From positions 2,641 to 66,640 of the forward strand of contig JBGSHK010000008.1 of NCBI GenBank assembly GCA_041752275.1: a DNA stretch of 64,000 nucleotides, read 5' to 3'. Numbering within the stretch: the stretch's first letter is position 1; each line of letters begins with the position of its first letter. A program made the translations under genes and the position numbers. The stretch comes from Minisyncoccia bacterium. Its GTDB lineage: Bacteria > Patescibacteriota > Minisyncoccia > Phycocordibacterales > CAIZLB01. This document shows, in pieces, positions 10,632 through 21,197 of this stretch. A model generated the notes under the pieces. That model was not told the DNA's origin. It did not search any database and saw only the letters and a program-made list of their open reading frames with translations.

Positions 10632-11300
10632 ATGATATCCCAATATGTAGATTTATTTATAAATTATTTGACCGCACATTCTGATTTTTTATCTGTTTAT
10701 TTTCCTATAATAGTATTTTTCTCAGCTCTGGCCGAGGCTATACCTGCTTTAGGGGCGCTTACTCCAGGAACCACTTTTTTACTATTTTTTGGTTTTATGA
10801 GTTCTATTTTAAAAACAAATATTTCTCTTATTATATTTGCAGCATTTGTCGGCTCTATTATTGGTGATGTTGCCGGTTTCTTTCTTGGAAAATATGGCTC
10901 CAATTTTTTGTTGAGACATAAAAAACTTTTAAAGATTTCTCATATAGAAGAAGGTAGAAAGTTTTTTTCAAACCATGGTTTTAAAAGTATTTTTTTAGGA
11001 AAATTTATAGGACCGATTAGATCTATATTGCCATTGATAGCCGGAAGTATAAACTTAAAGTTTTCAACATTTATGTTTTATAATATTCTTGCATCATTTA
11101 CATGGGTAAGTTTATATATCATTATAGGTTATTATTTTGGAAATAATTTCAGAACAATAGAAAAATACATATCAAATATAGGTATAATATTAACAATATT
11201 GGTTACATTGTATTTGATTTATCATTTCCACAAAAAAAATAAAGATAAAAATAAAGATAACGGTAAAAATAAAAATTATGAGAATCAGCAAACCATTTAA
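10632..11300 (+). CDS. DedA family membrane protein
   Basis: PG, G...GD..G..LG, F..HG..SIF.G.F.GP.R pattern. Confidence 0.88.
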   Translation: MISQYVDLFINYLTAHSDFLSVYFPIIVFFSALAEAIPALGALTPGTTFLLFFGFMSSILKTNISLIIFAAFVGSIIGDVAGFFLGKYGSNFLLRHKKLLKISHIEEGRKFFSNHGFKSIFLGKFIGPIRSILPLIAGSINLKFSTFMFYNILASFTWVSLYIIIGYYFGNNFRTIEKYISNIGIILTILVTLYLIYHFHKKNKDKNKDNGKNKNYENQQTI

Positions 11301-13317
11301 TCTTAAACATGCGCATAAACCACTCGGTGATCAACCGACTGCCATAGAGTCTTTGGTTCGCGGTGTAAAAAAAGGACTTAAACATCAGACATTACTAGGG
11401 GCCACAGGTACTGGTAAAACTTTTACTATAGCGAACGTGATACAACAAATACAAAAACCAACACTTGTTATTGCTCACAACAAAACTTTAGCTGCTCAGC
11501 TGGCTCAAGAGTTTAAGGAATTTTTCCCGGACAATGAAGTTCATTATTTTGTATCATATTATGACTATTATCAACCAGAAGCATATGTATCACATAGTGA
11601 CACATATATAGAAAAAGAGGCTCAGATAAACGAGGAGATAGACCGTCTTCGCCATGCGTCTACCCAAGCTTTACTTACACGAACCGATGTGATTATAGTC
11701 TCGTCAGTATCATGTATTTACGGTTTAGGTTCTCAAAAAGAATATGAAGAGACTAACTTCATCATAAGAAAGGGTGAGGTGTTAGATAGGAATGAGATTT
11801 CAAAAAGATTGATACAAATGCAATTTTCTCGTACACTAGCCGACTTGGGTCAAGGCCAGTTTCGTATTATAGGGAACAACATAGAAATCATGCCTATACA
11901 TGAAAGAACCGTGTATAGACTTATTTTTGATATGAACAAAATAGGTCGTATAGAAAAAATAGATCATATAACTCGTGTGATTATTGATGGAGACATGGAG
12001 TCTGTATTTATTTTTCCAGCAAAACACTTTATGACTTCAGACAGTGAAAGACTTAGGGCTATAGAAGATATAAAAAAGGAGTTGGACGCAAGACTGAAAG
12101 AGTTGAAAGGTGAAAATAAAGAAGTCGAGTATCAAAGATTGAAAAGAAGGACAACTTATGACCTAGCATTGATACGTGAGGTTGGATATTGCAACGGTAT
12201 AGAAAACTACTCTCGACACTTTGCTGGTAAAAAAGTAGGTGAAGCGCCAGACACATTGTTATCATATTTTCCTGATGGTTTTTTAACGGTTATAGATGAA
12301 TCTCATGTAACTATTCCACAGATTGGTGGTATGTATGCAGGGGATGCATCACGAAAGAAAAATCTCATAGACTTTGGATTTAGATTACCGTCAGCTGCAG
12401 ATAACCGACCCCTTAAGTTTGAAGAGTTTAAGGAGAAAATAGATCAAGCTATATATGTGTCAGCAACTCCGGGAAAATATGAATACGAAACCTGTGAAGA
12501 GAAAAACATAATACAACAAATCATACGTCCAACAGGTCTTATTGATCCAGTACTTGAGGTTAAACCAGTAACTTCAAACGATACCTATAAAGGTCAAATA
12601 TATAATTTTATAGAAGAAGTTCAAAGAGTTGTCTCAAAAGGTGAAAGAGTTTTGGCTACGACATTAACAAAACGTATGGCAGAGGATTTATCAGAATTTT
12701 TAAAAGAGAAGGGGATAAAGACAAAGTATCTTCACAGTGACATAGAAACACTTGAAAGAATACAGATACTGACAGAACTTCGTAAGGGTGAGTTCGATGT
12801 TTTGGTTGGTGTTAACTTGCTTCGTGAAGGACTTGATCTTCCTGAAGTTTCACTTATCGGTATACTTGATGCAGACAAAGAAGGGTTCCTCCGATCACGC
12901 ACAGCACTTGTGCAAACTATAGGTCGTGCCGCTAGAAATGTTAACGGTAGAGTTATACTTTACGCTGATCACATGACTGATTCTTTAGAGTATGCGATCA
13001 ACGAGACAAACAGAAGAAGGGCTATACAAGAAGCTTATAATAAAAAACATAATATAACTCCAACAAGTATAAAGAAAAGCATTCATGATATAACAGCATC
13101 GATACAGTCAAGTCATGAAAAAACTGTGAAGCGTATGTTGTCTCTTGACATAGATCTTGACAATGTTAAGAATATAAAGAAAAAAGATATAAAAATCATA
13201 CTAAAAAGGAAAGAGAGAGATATGGAAATTGCGGTCCAGGATTTGGATTTTGAGACTGCAGCAATACTGCGTGATGAGATAAAGGCAATAGGGAAAATGG
13301 TTGAGGATAAGGCGTAG
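11278..13317 (+). CDS. uvrB: Excinuclease ABC subunit B
   Basis: GATGTGKT, HNKTLAAQL, YYDYYQPEAY, DESH, QTIGRAARN, C-terminal UVR domain. Confidence 0.98.
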   Translation: MRISKPFNLKHAHKPLGDQPTAIESLVRGVKKGLKHQTLLGATGTGKTFTIANVIQQIQKPTLVIAHNKTLAAQLAQEFKEFFPDNEVHYFVSYYDYYQPEAYVSHSDTYIEKEAQINEEIDRLRHASTQALLTRTDVIIVSSVSCIYGLGSQKEYEETNFIIRKGEVLDRNEISKRLIQMQFSRTLADLGQGQFRIIGNNIEIMPIHERTVYRLIFDMNKIGRIEKIDHITRVIIDGDMESVFIFPAKHFMTSDSERLRAIEDIKKELDARLKELKGENKEVEYQRLKRRTTYDLALIREVGYCNGIENYSRHFAGKKVGEAPDTLLSYFPDGFLTVIDESHVTIPQIGGMYAGDASRKKNLIDFGFRLPSAADNRPLKFEEFKEKIDQAIYVSATPGKYEYETCEEKNIIQQIIRPTGLIDPVLEVKPVTSNDTYKGQIYNFIEEVQRVVSKGERVLATTLTKRMAEDLSEFLKEKGIKTKYLHSDIETLERIQILTELRKGEFDVLVGVNLLREGLDLPEVSLIGILDADKEGFLRSRTALVQTIGRAARNVNGRVILYADHMTDSLEYAINETNRRRAIQEAYNKKHNITPTSIKKSIHDITASIQSSHEKTVKRMLSLDIDLDNVKNIKKKDIKIILKRKERDMEIAVQDLDFETAAILRDEIKAIGKMVEDKA

Positions 13318-13334
13318 ATGTGATATGTTGATCA

Positions 13335-13853
13335 ATGTACGAACCAAATACGAATATGAGCACATTACAACAAGAAGTACCACATATAGTCCTTATTCCT
13401 CGCTTAAGCGCTGATTCAGATGGTCAGGCATTTTCCATAGATATAATGGAAGGTCTATACAGAATGAAATCTAAGACACACAATCTATCTTCTAATAATT
13501 TTGGTTCCTTTTATGATATTTATCTTAGAAATAGTACGGTTCCTGATCAGGAAAAAAATCTGGTAAAATTTATGGAAGTAATGAAAGAATCTTTTTTACG
13601 TCCAAATCTAATAAATCTAGTATCAAATTTCTGTGTGGCAGATTTAGATGAAATAATTAAATTTTTATTGGCAAATAAGCCTGATCTAAGAGTGTTGTTA
13701 TTATTAACCCAAAAACAACATGATATGAATGATGGATTTCAAAATTTAAAGCAAATGTGTCCCGAAAGAGAAAATTTTATTGATACGGTTATACACTATA
13801 GAAGTACGCCTAAGGCTGCAATGACTAGACTTGGGATGATTCAAGGTGATTAA
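13335..13853 (+). CDS. Hypothetical protein
   Basis: 172-aa ORF with extended -10 directly upstream and terminator downstream. Confidence 0.65.
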   Translation: MYEPNTNMSTLQQEVPHIVLIPRLSADSDGQAFSIDIMEGLYRMKSKTHNLSSNNFGSFYDIYLRNSTVPDQEKNLVKFMEVMKESFLRPNLINLVSNFCVADLDEIIKFLLANKPDLRVLLLLTQKQHDMNDGFQNLKQMCPERENFIDTVIHYRSTPKAAMTRLGMIQGD

Positions 13854-13871
13854 TAATGTTTTACTTTCATC

Positions 13872-13900
13872 AAAGCCCTTAGGTTGACTAAGGGCTTTTT
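13872..13900 (+). terminator. Intrinsic terminator
   Basis: AAAGCCCTTAG-gttga-CTAAGGGCTTTTT. Confidence 0.8.
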
Positions 13901-13983
13901 CTTATGTATTATATAGTCTTGGATTCGGGTGAGTACTCGTTTTCATGATCTATAAATAAAAAATTAAAAACTACATAAACATT

Positions 13984-14670
13984 ATGTGTCATATTGTTAA
14001 TACGCCAAAAGATAACCGTTTTGCAGTCATCATGGACGGCCCAGTTGCTTCCGGTAAAGGAGAACAATCTAGACTAATTGTATCCGCTATGGGAGGTGTT
14101 CACATCTCCACAGGTGATATTGCTCGTCAAAAGCGTGAGACATGCTCTGAGTTTGCGGATAAATATGGTCACCTTCTAGATTCTGGAAAGTATCTTCCAG
14201 ACAATATCGTCTTTGGGTTAATACGGGAATTCATTCCTAAGATTGCTGACAAAAAAGGTGTTATCATTGGTGACGGTTTGATTCGTACCCGACCTCAAGC
14301 TGCTAACTTAGGTACTATATTTGCAAAGCCTGCACTTATGTGTGGCTACAGCATTATTATACCAGAAGAAGTTGCTTTGATTCGTGCTAAAAAAAGATTT
14401 GAAAAACAAGGTCGCCCAGATGATTATAATGAAAAAACTATTTTAACTCGTTATAGAAACTGGGAGAGAAACAAAGAGAGGGTTCATAAAAAACTTCGAT
14501 CACAAGGTTTACGCCTTATTGAAGTTGATGGTAACAAATCTATAGAAGAGGTAAATCAAACAATCTATCACCATCTCGAAATTCACCTAAATCGTCAAAA
14601 ACAAGAGTGGGAAGATAGCAGGTCGTTTGCTCAACCCAAACGTCGTCGTCAACCTATAATTCGCGCATAA
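13984..14670 (+). CDS. Adenylate kinase-like nucleoside monophosphate kinase
   Basis: G..ASGKG.Q P-loop, HISTGD, G.Y.PD, DG..RT..QA, R.DD short lid. Confidence 0.8.
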   Translation: MCHIVNTPKDNRFAVIMDGPVASGKGEQSRLIVSAMGGVHISTGDIARQKRETCSEFADKYGHLLDSGKYLPDNIVFGLIREFIPKIADKKGVIIGDGLIRTRPQAANLGTIFAKPALMCGYSIIIPEEVALIRAKKRFEKQGRPDDYNEKTILTRYRNWERNKERVHKKLRSQGLRLIEVDGNKSIEEVNQTIYHHLEIHLNRQKQEWEDSRSFAQPKRRRQPIIRA

Positions 14671-14690
14671 TTCAGAAAAAACCAAAACTA

Positions 14691-14728
14691 GACCGCCCAC
14701 CCTCACCCAGGGTCGGCGGTCATTTTTC
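14691..14728 (+). terminator. Intrinsic terminator
   Basis: GACCGCC...GGCGGTC followed by ATTTTT. Confidence 0.7.
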
Positions 14729-14788
14729 TTATATATTCCTCAATCTTTCTATCGTTCATTTTGTTTCAATTTATGATATATTTATCAC

Positions 14789-17431
14789 ATGAAAACTCCC
14801 TCGAAGAAGACCAAAACTGGACCCGACCTAGACATGATCCACGTCAAAGGTGCACGAACACACAACCTCAAGAACATTGATGTGTCTATTCCCCGTGGTC
14901 AAATGACTGTTATCTCAGGACTCTCAGGTTCAGGAAAGTCTTCACTTGCTTTTGACACCATATTTGCAGAAGGGCAAAGAAGATATATGGAATCACTGTC
15001 ATCGTACGCGAGACAATTTTTAAAACAAATGCAAAAGCCAGATGTTGATGAGATCACAGGTTTGTCCCCTGCGATATCGATCGATCAAAAATCAAGATCA
15101 AACAATCCCCGTTCAACTGTCGCAACTATAACTGAGATATATGATTATCTTCGTATACTTTATGCACGTATAGGAAAACCACATTGTTTAACATGTGATA
15201 GAGAGATCAAGAGACTTTCGAAAGAAGAGATAGTGGATACAATACACAACATAGTGAAGTCTATAAAAAAGACAGAACTCAAAGGAAAAAAAGAAATCAT
15301 GGGAGTTCATGTTGATTCTGAAATTTTTAAAATATATGCACCTGTTGTTATTGGACGTAAAGGTGAATATTATCAAATGCTTTATGACTATCTAGGTAAG
15401 GGTTTTGAAGAGGTTCGTATAGACGGAAAGCAACATAAACTTCGTGAAAAGATAGAGTTAACAAAAACAAAAAAACATAACATCGACATATTGATCGACC
15501 AGTTTTACATATCAGAGATAAACGAGCCGTCACAAAGTTTTAAAGAAAGACTGAACGATGCTATAGAGCGTGCACTTCGAGAAACTGATGGCTTGTTACG
15601 TATATACACAGACAAAGAAGAACATCTTATATCTTCAAAGTTCATGTGCCCTTATGATGGTTTTTCATTTCCTGAGATCGAGCCCCGCATCTTTTCTTTC
15701 AACTCTCCATACGGAGCATGTCCAGAATGTAACGGTTTAGGAACAGATAGTTTTTATGTAAATAGGGTTTGTAAGGTCTGCCAAGGTGCAAGACTTCGTC
15801 CTGAGGCTTTAAAAGTCTACTTGGATAAAAAAACAAATATCATAGATTTTGTTAACCTAACTATAAACGAAGCTATAGACTATGTTTTGTCACTGGACTT
15901 GTCACCAACAGACAAAGCAATATCAACGGTGATGATAAAAGAGATATTGTCTCGTCTTGAGTTTATGCAAGAGGTTGGTTTAGATTATCTTCAGTTGAAC
16001 CGTCGCGCTCACACGCTCTCTGGTGGCGAATCACAACGTATACGCTTAGCATCACAACTTGGATCTGGTCTTGTAGGAGCGTTGTATGTACTCGATGAAC
16101 CGACTATAGGATTACATCAAAGAGACAATGATAAACTTATTAAAACTTTGATACAGCTTAAAGATATGGGTAATACTGTGATAGTTGTAGAGCATGATGA
16201 AGACACTATTCTCGCATCTGATTATCTTATAGACATAGGTCCAAGGGCTGGTAAGGATGGTGGAAATGTAGTTGTTCAAGGTTATCTTGAAAATCTTTTA
16301 CGAGATCCAATCAAATCACTTCCAATAAATAAAAAACATGCTGATCCAGATTCATTTACAGGTTCACTTACACTAGACTATCTTCGCGGTGCACATGAAG
16401 TTGAGGTTCCAAAAAACCGCAGAGTACAAGACAAAGGTTTTATAAAAATAGCCGGAGGAAAAGCCAACAATATAAAAAACCTAAACGTAGAGTTACCTCT
16501 TGGGCGTCTTGTAACAGTTACAGGTGTATCAGGTTCAGGAAAATCAACTTTTGTTCATGAAATATTGTATAAAAACTTACTTGGAAAACTTGATCGTGAA
16601 CATAGAACAAGTCAGCTAGCTAACTGTACAACTTTTACAGGAACAGATTATGTTGGACGAACTATCATGATAGACCAGTCTCCGATTGGTAGAACGCCTC
16701 GTTCAAACCCTGCGACTTATACAGGAGCCTTTACACATATCAGAGATTTATTTGCTGAAACCATAGAGGCAAAGTCAAGAGCTTGGGGACCTGGCCGTTT
16801 TTCTTTCAATGTAAAAGGTGGTCGCTGTGAAAATTGCCAAGGAAATGGATCTATAGAAGTTGAGATGCATTTTCTACCAACAGTGTACGTTCAATGTGAT
16901 GTGTGTAATGGAAAAAGATTTATGAAAGAGACTTTGGAAATATTGTATAAAAATAAAAACATACATGACGTGCTTACTATGACAGTAGATGATGCAGTTT
17001 TGTTTTTTGAGGAAATGCCTGCCATATATGACAGAGTAAAAACTTTGCAAGAAGTAGGGCTTGGATATCTTGAGTTAGGTCAATCCGCAACAACGCTTTC
17101 AGGAGGGGAAGCACAACGTGTAAAGATAGCCTCAGAGTTATATAAACCACATGTACAAAAAACTATATATATACTTGATGAGCCCACTGTTGGTTTGCAT
17201 TATCATGATGTAAGAAAACTTATAGAAATACTTCAAAGGCTTGTTCAAGCAGGTAATACGGTTGTGGTTATAGAACACAACATGGACTTGATCAAATGTT
17301 CAGATTATCTTATAGACATAGGTCCTGAAGGAGGGGATAAGGGTGGAAATATAGTTGCAAAAGGTACTCCTGAGGAGGTTGCAAACAACAAAAACAGTCA
17401 TACTGGACATTATCTTAAAAAAGTACTATAA
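14789..17431 (+). CDS. uvrA: Excinuclease ABC subunit A
   Basis: Two ABC domains (GLSGSGKS, GVSGSGKS, LSGGE x2, LDEPT), Zn-finger cysteines. Confidence 0.98.
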   Translation: MKTPSKKTKTGPDLDMIHVKGARTHNLKNIDVSIPRGQMTVISGLSGSGKSSLAFDTIFAEGQRRYMESLSSYARQFLKQMQKPDVDEITGLSPAISIDQKSRSNNPRSTVATITEIYDYLRILYARIGKPHCLTCDREIKRLSKEEIVDTIHNIVKSIKKTELKGKKEIMGVHVDSEIFKIYAPVVIGRKGEYYQMLYDYLGKGFEEVRIDGKQHKLREKIELTKTKKHNIDILIDQFYISEINEPSQSFKERLNDAIERALRETDGLLRIYTDKEEHLISSKFMCPYDGFSFPEIEPRIFSFNSPYGACPECNGLGTDSFYVNRVCKVCQGARLRPEALKVYLDKKTNIIDFVNLTINEAIDYVLSLDLSPTDKAISTVMIKEILSRLEFMQEVGLDYLQLNRRAHTLSGGESQRIRLASQLGSGLVGALYVLDEPTIGLHQRDNDKLIKTLIQLKDMGNTVIVVEHDEDTILASDYLIDIGPRAGKDGGNVVVQGYLENLLRDPIKSLPINKKHADPDSFTGSLTLDYLRGAHEVEVPKNRRVQDKGFIKIAGGKANNIKNLNVELPLGRLVTVTGVSGSGKSTFVHEILYKNLLGKLDREHRTSQLANCTTFTGTDYVGRTIMIDQSPIGRTPRSNPATYTGAFTHIRDLFAETIEAKSRAWGPGRFSFNVKGGRCENCQGNGSIEVEMHFLPTVYVQCDVCNGKRFMKETLEILYKNKNIHDVLTMTVDDAVLFFEEMPAIYDRVKTLQEVGLGYLELGQSATTLSGGEAQRVKIASELYKPHVQKTIYILDEPTVGLHYHDVRKLIEILQRLVQAGNTVVVIEHNMDLIKCSDYLIDIGPEGGDKGGNIVAKGTPEEVANNKNSHTGHYLKKVL

Positions 17432-17440
17432 TAAGAACAT

Positions 17441-18181
17441 ATGAGTATAGGATCTCAAAAACATCATAATATAGAATATATACAAATTGCTTTACAATTT
17501 GTGATCGGTCTTGTCGTTCTATCAATATTAAAAATATTTTTTAATTTTAAAGTAGAAGGTGTTGAAAATGTTGTTAAAAAATCAAAAGAGTATAAAGATC
17601 TTGAAAAGGGTTTATTGTTTGCACCAAATCATATTAGTGAATACGATGTACTGATCATGAGATATGCTTTGCCATTAATCATGCCATTGATGCCTATGTA
17701 TTATGTTTCTTTAACAAAAGAGCATTATCAGAATGAAAGATTTGGTTGGAGACAGTATTTTTATGGTGGAAAATTTTTCAAAATACTAGGTGCATATCCT
17801 GCTTATAAAGGTATACGCGATTATCAAGCTTCACTTATAAATCATATAGAACTTTTGGAAAATGGAAAAGCATTGTGTATTTTCCCTGAAGGAAAAATGG
17901 GTATGGAAACTTTTAAACCTGGAGAAGTAAAGGGTGGTATAGGGTTTTTGGCTGAGCATACAAGTACTGATATTGTACCAGTACAGCTAAAGGGTTTAAG
18001 AAATATAAATTGGCTTAAAGTATTTTTTACATTTTCAAGACCTACAATAGAGGTAAAGTATAAAGAAATTGTTTTTATAGATAAAGTTTTAGAAAGTTTG
18101 AAAAATGATGAAAATTATAAAGATGATATAGTTAGATATAAAAAAATTGCAAATATTGTTATGGATAAAGTTTGGGAATAG
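17441..18181 (+). CDS. PlsC-family lysophospholipid acyltransferase
   Basis: NH.S..D (HX4D) motif, FPEG, KGG, IVPV. Confidence 0.85.
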   Translation: MSIGSQKHHNIEYIQIALQFVIGLVVLSILKIFFNFKVEGVENVVKKSKEYKDLEKGLLFAPNHISEYDVLIMRYALPLIMPLMPMYYVSLTKEHYQNERFGWRQYFYGGKFFKILGAYPAYKGIRDYQASLINHIELLENGKALCIFPEGKMGMETFKPGEVKGGIGFLAEHTSTDIVPVQLKGLRNINWLKVFFTFSRPTIEVKYKEIVFIDKVLESLKNDENYKDDIVRYKKIANIVMDKVWE

Positions 18182-18203
18182 TTTGTGATATAATAAATTT
18201 ATT

Positions 18204-19298
18204 ATGAAATTCGAGGGAAAAGAGATGGAAATAAGACCGTTGGATAATCTTTATACTAGAAAAGAAACTCAGGATATGGGTGATTTGGAGTTTATAGGAT
18301 ATCATGATTTGTTTACTGAGTTGTATGAGAAGGTTGATAGTGCAAAAAACATTTCTGAAAGGGAGGAAAGTGTTGAGAGGTTGCAAGTTCTTGCAAAAAA
18401 CATTCTTTCAGAAAATGAAAACCTTTCTTTGCATATATATGATTCTATAAGTAGAAAAAAAGATTTAAGAGAGGATGTTTTAAATTTTTTAAAGGAGGTT
18501 GATAACAGACAAGTTGAATTATTTTTAAAATTAAAAGAAAAAGTTTTAGAGTTTAGAGGTGAATTTAAAAAAGATATTGAAGTTTTTTTACAAAACTTGG
18601 GGGAGGAAAAATATGATTTGAAAAAAGTTGATGATTTGATTGAGGGTGTTGATGTCAGATTTTATTCTGTTGATATAGAAAATCCAACAAAAACTATGGC
18701 ATACAATCACTCCACTCATTTCGTTTTATTTTATTTAGAAAATTATTTTAATAATGTTGATAATTTCAAAATTACCTTTTACCATGAGTTTTTACATGTC
18801 TTGACTAATGACTATGAAAATATTATTTCATATAAAAATAAAAGTAACAATATTTCAAATAAAGGTAATCAGTCTTCAGGTGTTATGTTTTCTGGATTAT
18901 CTAATCATAGATTTATTTGGCTAAACGAAGCGGTGACAGAGTCCCTGACCATAAAGCTTAACAATGCTGAAAATAGTAAATCATATAATAAAGAAAGAAA
19001 GTTATTAGACTTATTAAATCAAAAGAAAAAACCTGAAACAAAACTGGATTTTAACCTCTTAACAAAAATATATTTTAGACATTTAAAAATAAGACAGGAT
19101 GACAAAACTACTGCAATAGACGAATGGAGGGAGTTTTCTAAAGAAGTTGATCTGGCATTTGGACCGAAATTTCTTGTTAAACTCGATCTTTTTATAGAAA
19201 AAAACGGTATAAAAAAAGCACTTGAAATTATAACTTCTTGGCCTGACGGAGAGCCGAACATCGATGATTTAAAAACAGATATTACAGGTAAAGATTAA
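18204..19298 (+). CDS. Hypothetical protein with zincin-like HExxH motif
   Basis: HEFLH followed about 45 aa later by LNEAVTE. Confidence 0.6.
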   Translation: MKFEGKEMEIRPLDNLYTRKETQDMGDLEFIGYHDLFTELYEKVDSAKNISEREESVERLQVLAKNILSENENLSLHIYDSISRKKDLREDVLNFLKEVDNRQVELFLKLKEKVLEFRGEFKKDIEVFLQNLGEEKYDLKKVDDLIEGVDVRFYSVDIENPTKTMAYNHSTHFVLFYLENYFNNVDNFKITFYHEFLHVLTNDYENIISYKNKSNNISNKGNQSSGVMFSGLSNHRFIWLNEAVTESLTIKLNNAENSKSYNKERKLLDLLNQKKKPETKLDFNLLTKIYFRHLKIRQDDKTTAIDEWREFSKEVDLAFGPKFLVKLDLFIEKNGIKKALEIITSWPDGEPNIDDLKTDITGKD

Positions 19299-19328
19299 AT
19301 ATAGGTCAATGGTGATATTTTTTTTACT

Positions 19329-19964
19329 ATGACTTATAATGTATTACCCATGTCTTATGTATTCTTTGATTTAGATAAAACTCTTATTACTAAAAATAGC
19401 TATGAAATAGTACTCAACGTTTTAAGACGAAGGAGAATTATTTCTGTATCTAGATTTTTTTATTATAAATTCATTTTACTTTTTATCAAAAATATAGATA
19501 AGAAAATGAATCATTTGGCTAGAGTTTTTGATGGTGTAAAAACTGATAGACTTGATAAAATAATAAAAGCTTTTATCTTTACAGAGTTTGATGCTATTAA
19601 AAATATAAAAGCTGTAGAAGAGCTTGAAAAACATAATACTCATAATAAAAAAGTTGTACTTGTAACCACTTCTTTTGAACCTATAGCAAAACATGCAGCT
19701 AAGTTTTTTCATATACATGATTATGTAGCAACAAAACTTGAGATTAAGAATGGAAAGTATACAGGAAAAATATTAGGTAAAATTAATTATAAAGATGAAA
19801 AGGTAAACAGACTTAATAAATATAACTTTGAAGGGTCTTTTGCATATAGTGATCACAACTCAGATATACCACTTTTAAAAAAGGCAACATATAGATATGC
19901 TGTAAATCCAAACAAAAGATTGAAGAGATATGCTAAAAATCATGGTTGGTTTATACTTCATTAA
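19329..19964 (+). CDS. HAD-IB family phosphatase
   Basis: DLDKTL, VTTS, K, YSD..SD.PLL, AVNP motifs; true start may be the second Met. Confidence 0.88.
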   Translation: MTYNVLPMSYVFFDLDKTLITKNSYEIVLNVLRRRRIISVSRFFYYKFILLFIKNIDKKMNHLARVFDGVKTDRLDKIIKAFIFTEFDAIKNIKAVEELEKHNTHNKKVVLVTTSFEPIAKHAAKFFHIHDYVATKLEIKNGKYTGKILGKINYKDEKVNRLNKYNFEGSFAYSDHNSDIPLLKKATYRYAVNPNKRLKRYAKNHGWFILH

Positions 19965-20041
19965 TTTACTCATTTCAATCATGGTCCTCAGACTATTTTT
20001 CTTTGAAAATAGTCTTGCCGATGATCTCATTCGTAAATTAA
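19961..20041. repeat. Palindromic intergenic repeat, copy 2
   Basis: TTAATTTAC...ATCATGGTCCTC AGACTATTTT-loop-AAAATAGTCT TGCCGATGAT...GTAAATTAA. Confidence 0.8.
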
Positions 20042-20096
20042 TCAAGAGATATTTAAGTATTGCCATTTTACCAAAAAAAGCATATAGTATATACCT

Positions 20097-20672
20097 ATGG
20101 CAATGCTAGAATACAACGAAATCGTTACAAGAAAAACAATTATACATGATGATGAACCGTATGAGGTACTGGACTATCATGTTTTCCGTAAACAAATGCG
20201 TAAACCAGTAAACGCTGTTAAGATAAGAAACTTACTCTCAGGACGTACTATTGAGGTTTCTTTTCAAGCAACTGATAAAGTAGAAGAAGCTGAAATAGAG
20301 ATGAAAAAAGTTAAGTATCTTTTTAACAACAAAGGGGAGTGGTGGTTTTGTGATGAAAAAAATGCATCAAACAGATTTATACTAAAAGATGAACTACTAG
20401 GTGATGCTAAAAAATACATCCTTGCAAATGATATTTTAGATATAAAATATTTTGGAGAGATTCCTATTGGAGTTAAACTTCCCATTAAAGTTAGTTTGGA
20501 AGTTACCGAAGCTCCACCTGCAGTAAGGGGTGATACGGCTAAAGGAGGAAATAAGTTGGTCACTCTATCTACCGGAACAACTATACTTGCACCTATGTTT
20601 ATAGAGCCCGGAGATATACTTACTATAAACACTGAGACAGGAGAGTATGTAGAAAGATCGTCTAAGAAATAA
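20097..20672 (+). CDS. efp: Translation elongation factor P
   Basis: K.RNL..G, PAVRGDTA, L.TG....PMFI..GD....NT..GEY..R. Confidence 0.93.
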   Translation: MAMLEYNEIVTRKTIIHDDEPYEVLDYHVFRKQMRKPVNAVKIRNLLSGRTIEVSFQATDKVEEAEIEMKKVKYLFNNKGEWWFCDEKNASNRFILKDELLGDAKKYILANDILDIKYFGEIPIGVKLPIKVSLEVTEAPPAVRGDTAKGGNKLVTLSTGTTILAPMFIEPGDILTINTETGEYVERSSKK

Positions 20673-20734
20673 AAAAGTTTTAATAAAAAAATACACCGGC
20701 CGAGGCCGGGTTTTTGTTTGTTTGATTAAATTTT

Positions 20735-21043
20735 TTACTTAATAATGAATAAAAGTATAGTTCCAATAAAAGATGGTAACCATACACTTTTACCACGTAT
20801 GTCATAAAGTTTGTCTGTATCTTCTGTGTCACCTGACCAGAATTGTTTGTATAAATCATCTTTTCTGGAATTTATGTATGTAATTAATACAATCCAGATT
20901 AAAACACATAGAAAAACTTTAAGAGAAATCTGACCTTTTTTTTCACCAATCATAAATAAAATCAAAAAAATAATTGATCCAATAAACCAAATGTTCGCTA
21001 GTTTTACTGAAACCCAGACTATGAATTCGTCAATATTTTTCAT
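20735..21043 (-). CDS. Small hypothetical membrane protein
   Basis: 102 aa with three hydrophobic segments. Confidence 0.55.
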   Translation of the reverse strand: MKNIDEFIVWVSVKLANIWFIGSIIFLILFMIGEKKGQISLKVFLCVLIWIVLITYINSRKDDLYKQFWSGDTEDTDKLYDIRGKSVWLPSFIGTILLFIIK

Positions 21044-21197
21044 GATATTTTGTTGTTTTGTTTGCTTACTGTTTCAAAATATCATAAATCAGGCGTGGTG
21101 TAAATGTTAAATCTATTGTATATTTTTTATTAAAATTTTAGTATTTTTTGATAATTTCTTTATAAAAACTTTATAATTGATTTGTTAGTATGGTTGT

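Noticed and set aside
11232-11276. AAAAATAAAGAT-type short repeats at the DedA C-terminus
   Set aside because: Low-complexity K/N/D tail in AT-rich DNA; no evidence of function
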